A DNA stretch of 64,000 nt from a virus: IMG/VR virus record IMGVR_UViG_3300032213_001637, positions 32,001-96,000 of that record, one strand, 5' to 3'. The notes beneath the pieces were generated by a model. The model made no database searches and had not been told where the DNA came from. It worked only from the letters and a program-made list of their open reading frames with translations. Shown here piece by piece: positions 54,609-64,000 of the stretch. Each line of letters opens with the position of its first letter. The stretch's first letter is position 1. The translations under genes and the position numbers were made by a program.

Positions 54609-57061
54609 AATTTAACGTTCAATCCTTTTGTTGGTCGAAGTCCTGCCGTTATTGTGGTCGTCCATGTACCATTGCTTTGTAAACTATGTTTTACATCTTC
54701 TATCTGAAATAAGATGTCTTTATCATACGGTTCAGGTAAATTGTCAATACCAAAAATTTGGAAAGTTTTTAAACCGCCAATACCAGTTAATGTAATTTCA
54801 GCTTTAATTCCCGGTTGTGGGAATGAATTAATCGAACCATTGTTTGGATCTTTATCGTTAACCAATAAAGTCAATAAATCTTTTTGAGTCAGTACCAACT
54901 TACGAATATATGTTTTTTCTTCTCCGTTTTCACGGGTTATAACACCATAAATGTATGCACCTTCCTTTACATCTCTCTCTTTTTGAAGTTGATTTTGAAA
55001 TTGATTTTGTTTATCATCTAATCTTTTACGTTCAGCCTCAACGTTTTGTTTATCTTTGAGTAAAGTTTGTGGATCTTTTGGAGATAAGTATGATGCGTCA
55101 TTGGTTAATTTGAAAAATCTATCTCTTGTTACAAATCCAAACGGATTCTTCATTGGAACAGATGTTTTGTTATCATTTGGTGAATTATATAAAACCGACA
55201 TCGTCACTTTATCACTTAATTTAACACTGAAATTTAATGCTTGAATATTATTTCGACTTGCTCTATTTTTAAAGAAATACAAATACGGACGTTTATCCGA
55301 ATTTAATTCTTGCAAGCGTTTCAAACTAAAACAATCATTATCAATAATAGATAACAACGAATTAGAGGGACCAAATTGAATAAGATTAAACTTCCACAAT
55401 CCATTTACCGCTTCAGATATTTTATTCAACACAAAGTTTAAAATATCAGTGACCGTTTCGGATTTCTCAATCGCTTTTATGACTACATCTTTATGAATAT
55501 ACAAGTTCTCCAACTTGCCTAAATTATAATCGTATTGTTTTGATGGAAATTCAACATCGATGGGATTTTTACCCCCGTTATTTATTCTAAAGTAATTAAT
55601 AATTTCATTGAGATCTTGTCTGGTTGTACTATTGAATACTGATTGTAGAGTTTTGTCCGCATAACTCATTGCAGATGGATCGGTGCCGTCCTTTTGTGTA
55701 TCCGGCGTTGTATAGTTTTTTGAGTTTCCACGATCTTCGACCGATGGTGAAATATTAGGAGCCTGAGAATTTGGTATTAACAATACTTTACCGTCGGTGC
55801 TGATCAAATTCTTGTGTCCTCCAATCCACGAAGATGATATATCAATTCTTCCGAATGTAGCTCCGTTTTTATTAGACACACTTTCACAATACTTATTGAT
55901 CAAATCTATAAACAAACCCATAGTGATCCAAAACTCATCATTTGCACCAGAGTCAAAACTGTATTTTGTTACATTATCAATCTTTGTACGTGGATCATTA
56001 GAAGTATCCAAGTTACGTGGAATGAATACCCGTGTTTCTGGTCCCGAAAGAGTTGGGAATAGTGGATTACTGCCATTTAAACCAGTTAATACGGTCTTTG
56101 GCAGCGATTTAAAATCTCCATTGATATAATCCCGTAATCCTTTGACTGGTTCTGGCGTTTTGTTTCCTTTACTATCAGCAGGAGATGTTGATGCCAAAGC
56201 GTTACTACGAGTTTGAACACCACTGTATATAAAGCTATTGCTTTTTATTTCTGTTGTACAATCATATGAACCATCTGCTTGTAAAGAATAATCAAAACTA
56301 CTTATGATACCACAAGTTAAATCATATAGACCTTTACCATCGTCAACAATCAATTGTTGTTCCAATGGATCTGTGTAAATTCCCAATAGACCAAATCCCT
56401 TGGTTTTTCTAGGATCTTGAGGATCTCCAGATGGTCCGGGAGTTTTATCGTCAGTAGACTCCTTCATTTTGGCAGGTTGGCCTAAATCGTTTAAATTCAA
56501 CAAACTCTTTGGGTTATAATGATTCCAACCCCATTCAATGAACATTGAAACGTTGGGAGACATAAAGTATGGTGACATGTAATTCAAATGATCTTTGGAA
56601 TAACACTTCCACTTGATCGTAATCTGACGATACATCGACTTTTGCATTACAGCATCAACGCTGATGATGCCTGGTGGTGGAACATGTTTGTTTATAATTC
56701 CATCTTGAGTATTTTCACCAGCAATAATATGTTCGACTCCTGAAGGAGTAAATCCCAACACCGTTTCAGTTTTGTTGTAAGTGGTTGGACCAAAGCCATA
56801 GTCTTTATAAAAACCATTTGCACCACCCATTACAAAACCTTCTTTAGAACCATATCTCGATTCACCAATACCATTGGAACATACACGAACCCAACAACGC
56901 ATTGGTCCTTTGTATGTATTCCAATTACCGTCATCGTCCCAACTAGCTACCGTATTGGAAATGAAGTTCATTCCAACATCTTTTTCACGACGTTCTAGTT
57001 CGTCACGAATAAATTTTGGAAATGGTTGAATTTCAAATGGTGCTACAAAGTTAGTGGCCAT
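54605..57061 (-). CDS. putative baseplate hub protein
   Basis: PPPGI, FIEWGW, C-terminal AEITL.GI.G..FQI..V.H..WTT; synteny. Confidence 0.6.
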   Translation of the reverse strand: MATNFVAPFEIQPFPKFIRDELERREKDVGMNFISNTVASWDDDGNWNTYKGPMRCWVRVCSNGIGESRYGSKEGFVMGGANGFYKDYGFGPTTYNKTETVLGFTPSGVEHIIAGENTQDGIINKHVPPPGIISVDAVMQKSMYRQITIKWKCYSKDHLNYMSPYFMSPNVSMFIEWGWNHYNPKSLLNLNDLGQPAKMKESTDDKTPGPSGDPQDPRKTKGFGLLGIYTDPLEQQLIVDDGKGLYDLTCGIISSFDYSLQADGSYDCTTEIKSNSFIYSGVQTRSNALASTSPADSKGNKTPEPVKGLRDYINGDFKSLPKTVLTGLNGSNPLFPTLSGPETRVFIPRNLDTSNDPRTKIDNVTKYSFDSGANDEFWITMGLFIDLINKYCESVSNKNGATFGRIDISSSWIGGHKNLISTDGKVLLIPNSQAPNISPSVEDRGNSKNYTTPDTQKDGTDPSAMSYADKTLQSVFNSTTRQDLNEIINYFRINNGGKNPIDVEFPSKQYDYNLGKLENLYIHKDVVIKAIEKSETVTDILNFVLNKISEAVNGLWKFNLIQFGPSNSLLSIIDNDCFSLKRLQELNSDKRPYLYFFKNRASRNNIQALNFSVKLSDKVTMSVLYNSPNDNKTSVPMKNPFGFVTRDRFFKLTNDASYLSPKDPQTLLKDKQNVEAERKRLDDKQNQFQNQLQKERDVKEGAYIYGVITRENGEEKTYIRKLVLTQKDLLTLLVNDKDPNNGSINSFPQPGIKAEITLTGIGGLKTFQIFGIDNLPEPYDKDILFQIEDVKHSLQSNGTWTTTITAGLRPTKGLNVKL

Positions 57062-57066
57062 AACAG

Positions 57067-57363
57067 TTAGGAATTAATCGAGGTATAATTATTGAGAATT
57101 GTGGTTATATTGATAGGTATACGTAATTGTAATCCTACAGGAACCGATAATTTTCCTTTTCCAATATTATTTGCTTGAGCAATAATCCACCACAATGAAG
57201 GATTCTTATAATATTTGAACGCTAAATTATCCAACGTGTCACTTTCGTTTGTTACAACATACATATCAGATGAAGTGACTGGAATATTTGGATACAATCG
57301 TGTACCGAAATATCTTTTACCATCCCATCTTTTCTTTATGTTGACACTTTTGTCATATCTCAT
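57067..57363 (-). CDS. LysM-like baseplate wedge protein
   Basis: DTLDNLA.KYY..LWWIIAQAN..G.QLRIP. Confidence 0.8.
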   Translation of the reverse strand: MRYDKSVNIKKRWDGKRYFGTRLYPNIPVTSSDMYVVTNESDTLDNLAFKYYKNPSLWWIIAQANNIGKGKLSVPVGLQLRIPINITTILNNYTSINS

Positions 57364-57373
57364 ATCTCAATAA

Positions 57374-60313
57374 TTATACACGATTAACCGTTAAGGCTTC
57401 TGAAAACTCATTATTAAATCCTCCAACCAATCCAATGTTCTTAAGATCTCTTGGAGCATGTCCAAAGTTTGCCATTCCAGTGACAGGTCGTTCTTTGAAC
57501 AACGGTGTCAAATCAACTGATATTTCAACTTCTCTTGGAAATTGAGCAACTTTTCCTTTTGAACCAGTCCATGTAATAATGTTATTCAAATATGACCAAT
57601 CTTGTTCCGAGTTTTCACTCACAGTTTCCCACGACGCTCCTTCTGGTATGGTGAGTCCTACTCGATTAATAATAATAGGTTGTTCTTTATATATGTCGCC
57701 TAACGTCAATAATACAAACGCAGGAATGATGAATTGATTCTCACTGCCACCACCTTGACTTGGTGCAGATGTATAATTTGCAGGCATTGTTAATCCGCAC
57801 AAATAATTTACACGTGTCCACATCGGCAACAACTCTTTGATACTGTTGGCAATTACCTTGAAACTGAAACTCAACTGACGAGTTACACCATCATACACAT
57901 ATAGTTTGTCAGCACGACCAATATATTTGTAATTTACCCAGTCGGCTTGAAAACTGTCACTGATTCCAGTTACCGATGCTCTAAACGGTATATACTTTTC
58001 ATTGATCATGTCATAAAAGTAAAACGCAATTAGATCATCGTTGTATGGTTCGTATGTAGACCAACCAGAAATTCCGGTGTCATCTTTGATCTTTTTATCT
58101 TTTTCAATAATAGTCAATCGATTCAATCCATCACTTGTATTAGATGTTGCCATTTTACGACTATTAATACGTGCGTGTTTGCCCATACCGTCCAACAATT
58201 GTGTATTGTCTTTATAATCGTCAACCAACATTTTATCGTTGATATTTGACTGTTTGAGTTTATCTATTCCAAATAATGTCGTGTTTGGACTTGTAAATAC
58301 ACGTGTATCGGCATTAGTAAACGCTACCGAATAACCGGCTTTCTTAATATTTTCAACCAATTTGTTAAGATTATCGATTTGTTTTTTATTAACAGGATCT
58401 TCTTTTTTGGACTGAAGAGTTGAGTTAATACGATCACCAACATCATTGGTTTCAGTGTCTAAATTTTTTGATTTGTCGTCTTCTACCTTGGTCAAAATTT
58501 CAGCAAGAACTCCATTTTCGTTATCGTTTAGAATAAAATTCTGACGGTTCTTTGAGTATGTACCATCAACGGTATAAGCAGGTCTTGTTGGATCCGATCC
58601 ACGTTTTGGAATTTGATCAATTGTCTTTAACTTAGCTGTATCAGGTGTATCATTTAATCCAAGATTGGTGTAGATCTTTTTCTTGTTGTCAGTAATATCC
58701 GTGACAATACGATCTTCTTGCTTTTGTTGAAGAGTTGCGTTGATTGGTTCTCCAATATCGTTAACCGCTGATGGTACGTTTACGAATTTACTGTCTTCAA
58801 GATTCTTCTTGAATTCAGACAACACACCGTTTCCACCTTCATCTTTTCTATTCTTAGAATAAGTACCGTCAACATTGTATGCTGCACGTTTTTCGTCGCC
58901 GGATCCTTGACGAGTTGGTATAGATGTAAATGGCTTTACTTCAAATACGGTAGGAACAGATTCAAATCCGTACTTTTTGTAAAATGATTCTTGTGGTCTT
59001 AGAATAATTGGATCATCTGCGTTGGTTAAATCAACAGGTGCAACATCCATCTTAGTCTGAAACGTACTTGTCTTGTCGAGAAACTTTTTATAGTTCATCA
59101 ACATCACAGAAAACTTGAAATTGTTAGCAGAATCTTTACGATATGCTTCAATTCCTACTGATTTTCCATACTTTTCAACGTTATCTACATCTTTTTGAAA
59201 AGTAAATCCCGTGGATCCTCCATTGATTGATGGTCCAGACACGTCTGTTCCAGAAATCTTTTGATCACTACCATCAATAAACTTGATTTTTCTGTTTTGT
59301 GGTACTTCATTTCCGTTTTTACGAATGTTTTTTGGTCCTCCATCAGAACTTCCCGCAATCCACAACTGTGTTAGTTGAATTTCAGCACCAGTAATTACAT
59401 GGTTTTTGGTAAACTTGCCCTTAAGATCCGAGATCATCATTCCATACGCACCTTCATCCGCTCTATATCCTGTGTTAACAGGCTGTTTACTATTGATTAG
59501 TGATGGAAACACTGATGCGGCCATTGACTTGAGAAAATCCTTTTTTGCATTACCACCCCAACGAGATGCAAGTGAAGTGTAACCAGAGGATGCAGTTTTT
59601 CCTCTGATCAAACCCTTGCCACCCCCCACCGATTGTTTTGATAGTGGCGAATTATCAGCACTATCGTTGATTCCATCTCCTACAGTACCCTTAGGCGATG
59701 ATTTGCCGTTGTTTACACTGAATCCTACCACACTTGCCAATGCGCCTAAAATACCGCCACTCAAATCAATATGTCTAGTTGGTCTAGGAAGTAATCCTAA
59801 TGAACCCGGACGTGTTGCAGCAAGGATAGGCATCAACGGGTTGTACAAATTGGTTTCATTGAACGGTTGTAGGTTTTGTAACAATGACTGTTTCAACAAA
59901 AATATAACACCGTTTCCAGATACACTGTATTTAGAAATACGTACTACGTCTTGTAATGTTGATCCAATTGGAAATGCGCGACTGTCATATTTCTTTATTG
60001 CATTTGTTCCACTGTTTCCTTCATTTGGATTATACCAAACAAATGGTTGACGTGGTCCAAATCGCAACAAACTATTCGCATAATCAGTTTTTGCAGTAAA
60101 TCTGGTTAGAATCTTCTGATTATTGGCAGTATACAACTTCTCAATCTTACCCGGAACAGATGTTGTCGGATAGTCAAGTGGTACCGTATTGATCGGCGGT
60201 ACCATATTACGTGGGTTGTTTGGATCACTTCCCGGCGTTGGAGAACTAGAAGCGTTATTATAACGTATTTCTAGTGGAAACGCTATTGAGTTTCTTTGAA
60301 TTTGATCAGCCAT
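57374..60313 (-). CDS. putative baseplate / tail-tube initiator protein
   Basis: C-terminal FRA..ISDS..W..Y.GRAD..Y..R.LSFSF..LTLGD; lies between the tape measure and LysM genes. Confidence 0.6.
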   Translation of the reverse strand: MADQIQRNSIAFPLEIRYNNASSSPTPGSDPNNPRNMVPPINTVPLDYPTTSVPGKIEKLYTANNQKILTRFTAKTDYANSLLRFGPRQPFVWYNPNEGNSGTNAIKKYDSRAFPIGSTLQDVVRISKYSVSGNGVIFLLKQSLLQNLQPFNETNLYNPLMPILAATRPGSLGLLPRPTRHIDLSGGILGALASVVGFSVNNGKSSPKGTVGDGINDSADNSPLSKQSVGGGKGLIRGKTASSGYTSLASRWGGNAKKDFLKSMAASVFPSLINSKQPVNTGYRADEGAYGMMISDLKGKFTKNHVITGAEIQLTQLWIAGSSDGGPKNIRKNGNEVPQNRKIKFIDGSDQKISGTDVSGPSINGGSTGFTFQKDVDNVEKYGKSVGIEAYRKDSANNFKFSVMLMNYKKFLDKTSTFQTKMDVAPVDLTNADDPIILRPQESFYKKYGFESVPTVFEVKPFTSIPTRQGSGDEKRAAYNVDGTYSKNRKDEGGNGVLSEFKKNLEDSKFVNVPSAVNDIGEPINATLQQKQEDRIVTDITDNKKKIYTNLGLNDTPDTAKLKTIDQIPKRGSDPTRPAYTVDGTYSKNRQNFILNDNENGVLAEILTKVEDDKSKNLDTETNDVGDRINSTLQSKKEDPVNKKQIDNLNKLVENIKKAGYSVAFTNADTRVFTSPNTTLFGIDKLKQSNINDKMLVDDYKDNTQLLDGMGKHARINSRKMATSNTSDGLNRLTIIEKDKKIKDDTGISGWSTYEPYNDDLIAFYFYDMINEKYIPFRASVTGISDSFQADWVNYKYIGRADKLYVYDGVTRQLSFSFKVIANSIKELLPMWTRVNYLCGLTMPANYTSAPSQGGGSENQFIIPAFVLLTLGDIYKEQPIIINRVGLTIPEGASWETVSENSEQDWSYLNNIITWTGSKGKVAQFPREVEISVDLTPLFKERPVTGMANFGHAPRDLKNIGLVGGFNNEFSEALTVNRV

Positions 60314-60322
60314 ATTCTATAA

Positions 60323-63300
60323 TTATGAACTTGCGATAGCAAGTTGTTCACTTACTTTTCTACCATCAAGATTTACAGCAATACCACCACTCATCATTAA
60401 ACCAATAAGGGTATCCAATTTCTGATTGGTTTCTTGGATTGCGGAAATCATACCTTCTTGGTTTTGAGCAGACGACTCAGCTCCAGCACCAATACCACCA
60501 GTGTCTACACCAATTAATTTACCAACAATCTTAAAGGGAATACTAAGAGCAGTTTGTATAAACGTAGCAATTGAGGTAAACCCTGTCATAATAATCTGAA
60601 AAATAGTTTCAAACGGACTTGTGAAAATCTTAAGAATTGCTGACCCAACTCCAATCAATCCTTTGATTATACCATCACCCAAAGTTGAATTGCTCTTTCC
60701 AACAAATAAATCTGAAATGAAGGTCCACGCATCTACCCATGGTTGAATAAAAACAGTATACAATATAGATCCAAAACCCTTGAGTACACTCAAGAGCATT
60801 GGTCCAATTCCCATAAAAGATTTAACAATCAGTATCGGTATAAAGAATAAACCAGACACTACAGATTTTAGATTTTCAATAGTGAACAATGATTTTAATG
60901 TATCCATCACTTTTGGGAACATGGACATTAGAGACTTGAACAAAATAATAGGCACCAAATACATACCATTCAACACAGATTGTCCGATGTTTAGTAAATT
61001 TTTAACAATGTCTTTTCCCGAGAACAATTCTTTGATCGATTCCCATCCAGTTTGAAAGATGTTAAATACACTTGCGATTGTCGATTTAATTACGGGAAAT
61101 ATAGTTAATAGTGGTTTAAACAAATCACCGATAATCGGTATCTTGGTTAACAGTTCTACCAACATTTCAATTGGTCCAATAAATACATCATATAATGTTT
61201 CACCTAACGCATCAAAAAATCCCATTCCACTCATTAGACGAGTAATCATTCCGTACGCGGCTTGTAATACCATTATTACTTCTCCTATAATTGGTATTGC
61301 CTTGCCAGCCGTACCAAGTATTCCAACAATACGTCCAACCTTTCCAAACCCACTGGCAAACTTTCCGACTACGCCGCTTGCACTTCCAAGTCCAGTTACA
61401 AATCCTCTAATAGGACCAAGAAGACCACTAGCATATCTAGAAATCTTTCCGAATACTTTCATGGTAGTAGTAAAAATAGGAGTTAATACACTACCGGTTG
61501 CACCTAATAATGACATTTTAGTACTCATTGATACAATCAAACCACCCATCTTACCAATCAAACCACCAACCTTACCAATCACAACACCAACCTTTCCGAA
61601 TCCAGATGCAATCCTACTAATCGCACCACCAATAGTTTGGAGTTTAGTTCCAATCGTACCAACAGTCGGCGACAACATTCTAAATATTCTAAACATAAAA
61701 TCAATTGGAGCAGCAATCTTTAATAGTATAACTCCAAGCGGAATCGAAAATTGAACAGCTTCTTCAATTTTACTATTGATACCATCAAACGCATCACTGA
61801 TGCTTTGTACTACCGGTTCCAACGGTTCAAACAGTTTATATAATGCGTTAGCAAGAACTTTAACAGGAATCAATATTAAGTTAAAAACCAATAATGCTAA
61901 CTTTAATGCTGGAATCAATAACTTGACCGCAACATTTACTACAGGAGTTAATATATCAGCAAGAATCTGTTTGAATGCCGCAAACGTGTTGTTCAATTGT
62001 GCCATAGCACTTTGCATTTGAGTCTTCATCAACAGATCTTTACCCGTCTCTTCGTTCTGTTCTTTCATTGCTTCAAGTGCTTTTTCATATGAAGCCTTTT
62101 CTTTGTCAGACAACTGTGCAAGTTTTTCTTCGTTCTTCAACATCTTGGTCAACTCAACCGCACTATATCCAGTTGCCTTAGCTAGTGCCTCTTGTTGAAA
62201 GACATTCATCTTATTGAAATCTCCCATCTGACGTACTTGATTCAATATTTCTTTTTGTGCACCAGCTACGTCTCCTTGAAATGATAGTTGACGTGCAGAA
62301 TTGAGATTCAAGTTCTTACCCAATAGTACGCTTGCTTCCATTTCATCAGATACGCTCTGAGTAAAGTTCAATAACCCCTTTGCAGAACTTGCAGATTTAT
62401 CAAGACTTACACCCATTTGTTTTGCTTGAATTGCAGCCATGGTCATTTGTTTGACATTGCCTCTCATCATGGTGACCGTCTCGTCAGATGCGTTTGCCAC
62501 ATCATTCATCACTTCATCCAAATTAACTCCTGCTGCATTTGCAAGGTTGGCAGTAAATCCAGCCATTGCACTGGCTTGTTTATCTGTCATTCCTCCAATT
62601 GCAGACATCTTTTGTAAGAATCCAGCTGCGGTTTTCTCATTTACACCATAATTAGCTGCCAATAAAGCAGTAGTTTGTGCTAATTCTTTATTGATCAATA
62701 AAGATGTACCTAACACCTGACCGATAGCAACAAGTGATTTATACGCACCTTCAATCGTTACCCCCAATGTAACAAACTGTTGATTTAGTTGAAGAGCTAC
62801 TTGTTCTAACGATCTTGCGTTATCACGTCCCAATCCCAATTCTTTTCTAAAATTTGCCGCTGCTTTATCTAATTCAACAAAACGATCAAATGCATCAGCA
62901 AAATGTGAAATCATTTTTTTTGCTAATTCAGCTTGTGACTTTAATTTATACACCATAGCTTGAGCTTTATCAACAACATCTTGTTGTTTTTTACGTTGTG
63001 CATTAATAAGACCGTTTTGATTATCGAGAAGAGGAGGTGTCTTTTTTGCAATATCCAATTTTTCTTGTTCTTTTTTCAACTGATCAGCCAAAGAATCCAT
63101 TTTAGACTCATCACACTTGGTGATTTTATCACAGAGTTCTTTTTCGTTCTTTAACTTTTCTTCCAACTGTTTGACCGCATCTTCTCCACTTTTAATTTCG
63201 TCTTCACGGATTTTTGGAAGACCATCCAGTATTTTTTTTTGTTTTTCTAACTCCTCATTTGCCTTTTTGATTGGTTCATTGAACATTAATCCAGCAATTG

Positions 63301-63586
63301 CACCAAACGTTTTCAATAAATCATTTCCATCCGACACCCCTCTTTGAAGAATGTCATGAAACGTATCTGATGGTGCGTCAAACGCTTCTGTGACAGTTGC
63401 TAATTCCTTACCAAGTTCTCTGAAACTTTTTGTTGCAGTCGATGCAGTTGATCTTGCTTCATCAAGTGCCCTATTATAAATCCTAACTTGATCCGCTGAT
63501 AATGAAACTTCCTTGGCACCTTTTTTGACGCTTTCAGTCAACTGTTCTTGAATTTTTCTTGCTTTATCCTGTGTATCGGGATCCAT
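60323..63586 (-). CDS. tail tape measure protein
   Basis: 1087 aa, helical Ala/Gln-rich then Gly/hydrophobic repeats, C-terminal VNLDGRKV. Confidence 0.85.
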   Translation of the reverse strand: MDPDTQDKARKIQEQLTESVKKGAKEVSLSADQVRIYNRALDEARSTASTATKSFRELGKELATVTEAFDAPSDTFHDILQRGVSDGNDLLKTFGAIAGLMFNEPIKKANEELEKQKKILDGLPKIREDEIKSGEDAVKQLEEKLKNEKELCDKITKCDESKMDSLADQLKKEQEKLDIAKKTPPLLDNQNGLINAQRKKQQDVVDKAQAMVYKLKSQAELAKKMISHFADAFDRFVELDKAAANFRKELGLGRDNARSLEQVALQLNQQFVTLGVTIEGAYKSLVAIGQVLGTSLLINKELAQTTALLAANYGVNEKTAAGFLQKMSAIGGMTDKQASAMAGFTANLANAAGVNLDEVMNDVANASDETVTMMRGNVKQMTMAAIQAKQMGVSLDKSASSAKGLLNFTQSVSDEMEASVLLGKNLNLNSARQLSFQGDVAGAQKEILNQVRQMGDFNKMNVFQQEALAKATGYSAVELTKMLKNEEKLAQLSDKEKASYEKALEAMKEQNEETGKDLLMKTQMQSAMAQLNNTFAAFKQILADILTPVVNVAVKLLIPALKLALLVFNLILIPVKVLANALYKLFEPLEPVVQSISDAFDGINSKIEEAVQFSIPLGVILLKIAAPIDFMFRIFRMLSPTVGTIGTKLQTIGGAISRIASGFGKVGVVIGKVGGLIGKMGGLIVSMSTKMSLLGATGSVLTPIFTTTMKVFGKISRYASGLLGPIRGFVTGLGSASGVVGKFASGFGKVGRIVGILGTAGKAIPIIGEVIMVLQAAYGMITRLMSGMGFFDALGETLYDVFIGPIEMLVELLTKIPIIGDLFKPLLTIFPVIKSTIASVFNIFQTGWESIKELFSGKDIVKNLLNIGQSVLNGMYLVPIILFKSLMSMFPKVMDTLKSLFTIENLKSVVSGLFFIPILIVKSFMGIGPMLLSVLKGFGSILYTVFIQPWVDAWTFISDLFVGKSNSTLGDGIIKGLIGVGSAILKIFTSPFETIFQIIMTGFTSIATFIQTALSIPFKIVGKLIGVDTGGIGAGAESSAQNQEGMISAIQETNQKLDTLIGLMMSGGIAVNLDGRKVSEQLAIASS

Positions 63587-63603
63587 AAAAATCTATTGTG
63601 CCC

Positions 63604-63612
63604 TATAAATAT
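63604..63612 (-). promoter_or_regulatory. putative phage late promoter ATATTTATA
   Basis: 17 nt upstream of the tape measure ATG; recurrent motif. Confidence 0.45.
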
Positions 63613-63645
63613 AAAATTCAAGGGTTATTGTTCAATTTTTAATGG

Positions 63646-63846
63646 TTATTTACCCTTTGATTTTGTAGCATTTTCCATTTGTTCGTTTTCTTTTTTACGA
63701 ACTTCTGCTAATTTTCTAAGGTAAAAGACACGTAGATGTGTTGGAAGGTTATACGCAATTTCTTGAGTAAATGCTCCTTCCGAGTAATACGCTAGATCAA
63801 AGATCTGGGTATGTAGTGATATCTTATCTTCCGGCGTCAGGCCAAA
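63646..63846 (-). CDS. start-less ORF, probable frameshift extension of the tail assembly chaperone (lambda gpT analogue)
   Basis: FGLTPEDKISLHTQIFDLAYYSEGAFTQEIAYNLPTHLRVFYLRKLAEVRKKENEQMENATKSKGK; no ATG/GTG/TTG in the first 56 codons. Confidence 0.7.
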   Translation of the reverse strand, partial: FGLTPEDKISLHTQIFDLAYYSEGAFTQEIAYNLPTHLRVFYLRKLAEVRKKENEQMENATKSKGK

Positions 63847-64000
63847 AGAACTGGGCCGTCATAGGCACCGACATCCTTTCTTCATTTCCACATTCATCAC
63901 ATGAAAAGTTAAAGTTCATATCCAAATCCGGAGTTTGTTCCCTAACGTGTGTTCTGAACGCTAAACTATCTCTGGATGGAAGTTCTTGACTCACAAACTT
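63824..64000 (-). CDS. tail assembly chaperone / baseplate hub assembly protein, C-terminal part (truncated by window)
   Basis: Manual translation KFVSQELPSRDSLAFR..PDLDMNF..CDECG..PMTAQFFWPDAGR*. Confidence 0.75.
   Translation of the reverse strand, partial: KFVSQELPSRDSLAFRTHVREQTPDLDMNFNFSCDECGNEERMSVPMTAQFFWPDAGR

Noticed and set aside
61059-61754. 231 aa plus-strand ORF
   Set aside because: Antisense to the Gly-rich tape measure region; a codon-bias artefact
35097-63612. Plus-strand TATAAATA read as canonical T4 late promoters
   Set aside because: They point away from the adjacent downstream genes, which are on the minus strand; treated as the reverse motif instead
63771-63989. 72 aa plus-strand ORF
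   Set aside because: Antisense to the tail chaperone and its frameshift region
1-64000. Genome-wide stop-codon reassignment
   Set aside because: Core genes are full length in the standard code; TAA, TGA and TAG all end genes; only one in-frame split was seen

Overview
A 64 kb, AT-rich, gene-dense segment of a large T4-like (myovirus, probably jumbo) phage genome, read with the standard genetic code. It has four parts. (1) A T4-type replication, recombination and nucleotide set: clamp loader, sliding clamp, family B polymerase, Cas4-like nuclease, dUTPase, dNMP kinase, NrdAB, gp41 helicase, RNase H/5'-3' exonuclease, UvsX/RecA, gp32 SSB, UvsE, plus an unusual second family A polymerase that lacks the thumb. 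(2) A ~20 kb glycan island of about a dozen glycosyltransferases (including GT11 and GT6), FkbM methyltransferases, WcbI, Glf and a convergent RmlA/reductase/C-methyltransferase/RmlB operon, with a smaller sugar-phosphate cassette near 3.6-6.2 kb. (3) Accessory genes: DUF4338/DruA-like, a MoxR-vWA pair, a histone H1-like protein and small secreted or low-complexity proteins. (4) Baseplate genes, the tape measure gene and a tail chaperone with a probable +1 programmed frameshift. Sigma70-like promoters (several near-leaderless), a recurrent ATAnTTATW putative late promoter and three intrinsic terminators are visible. No tRNA, rRNA, CRISPR array or intron was recognised. All product calls come from motif recognition by eye, not database searches.
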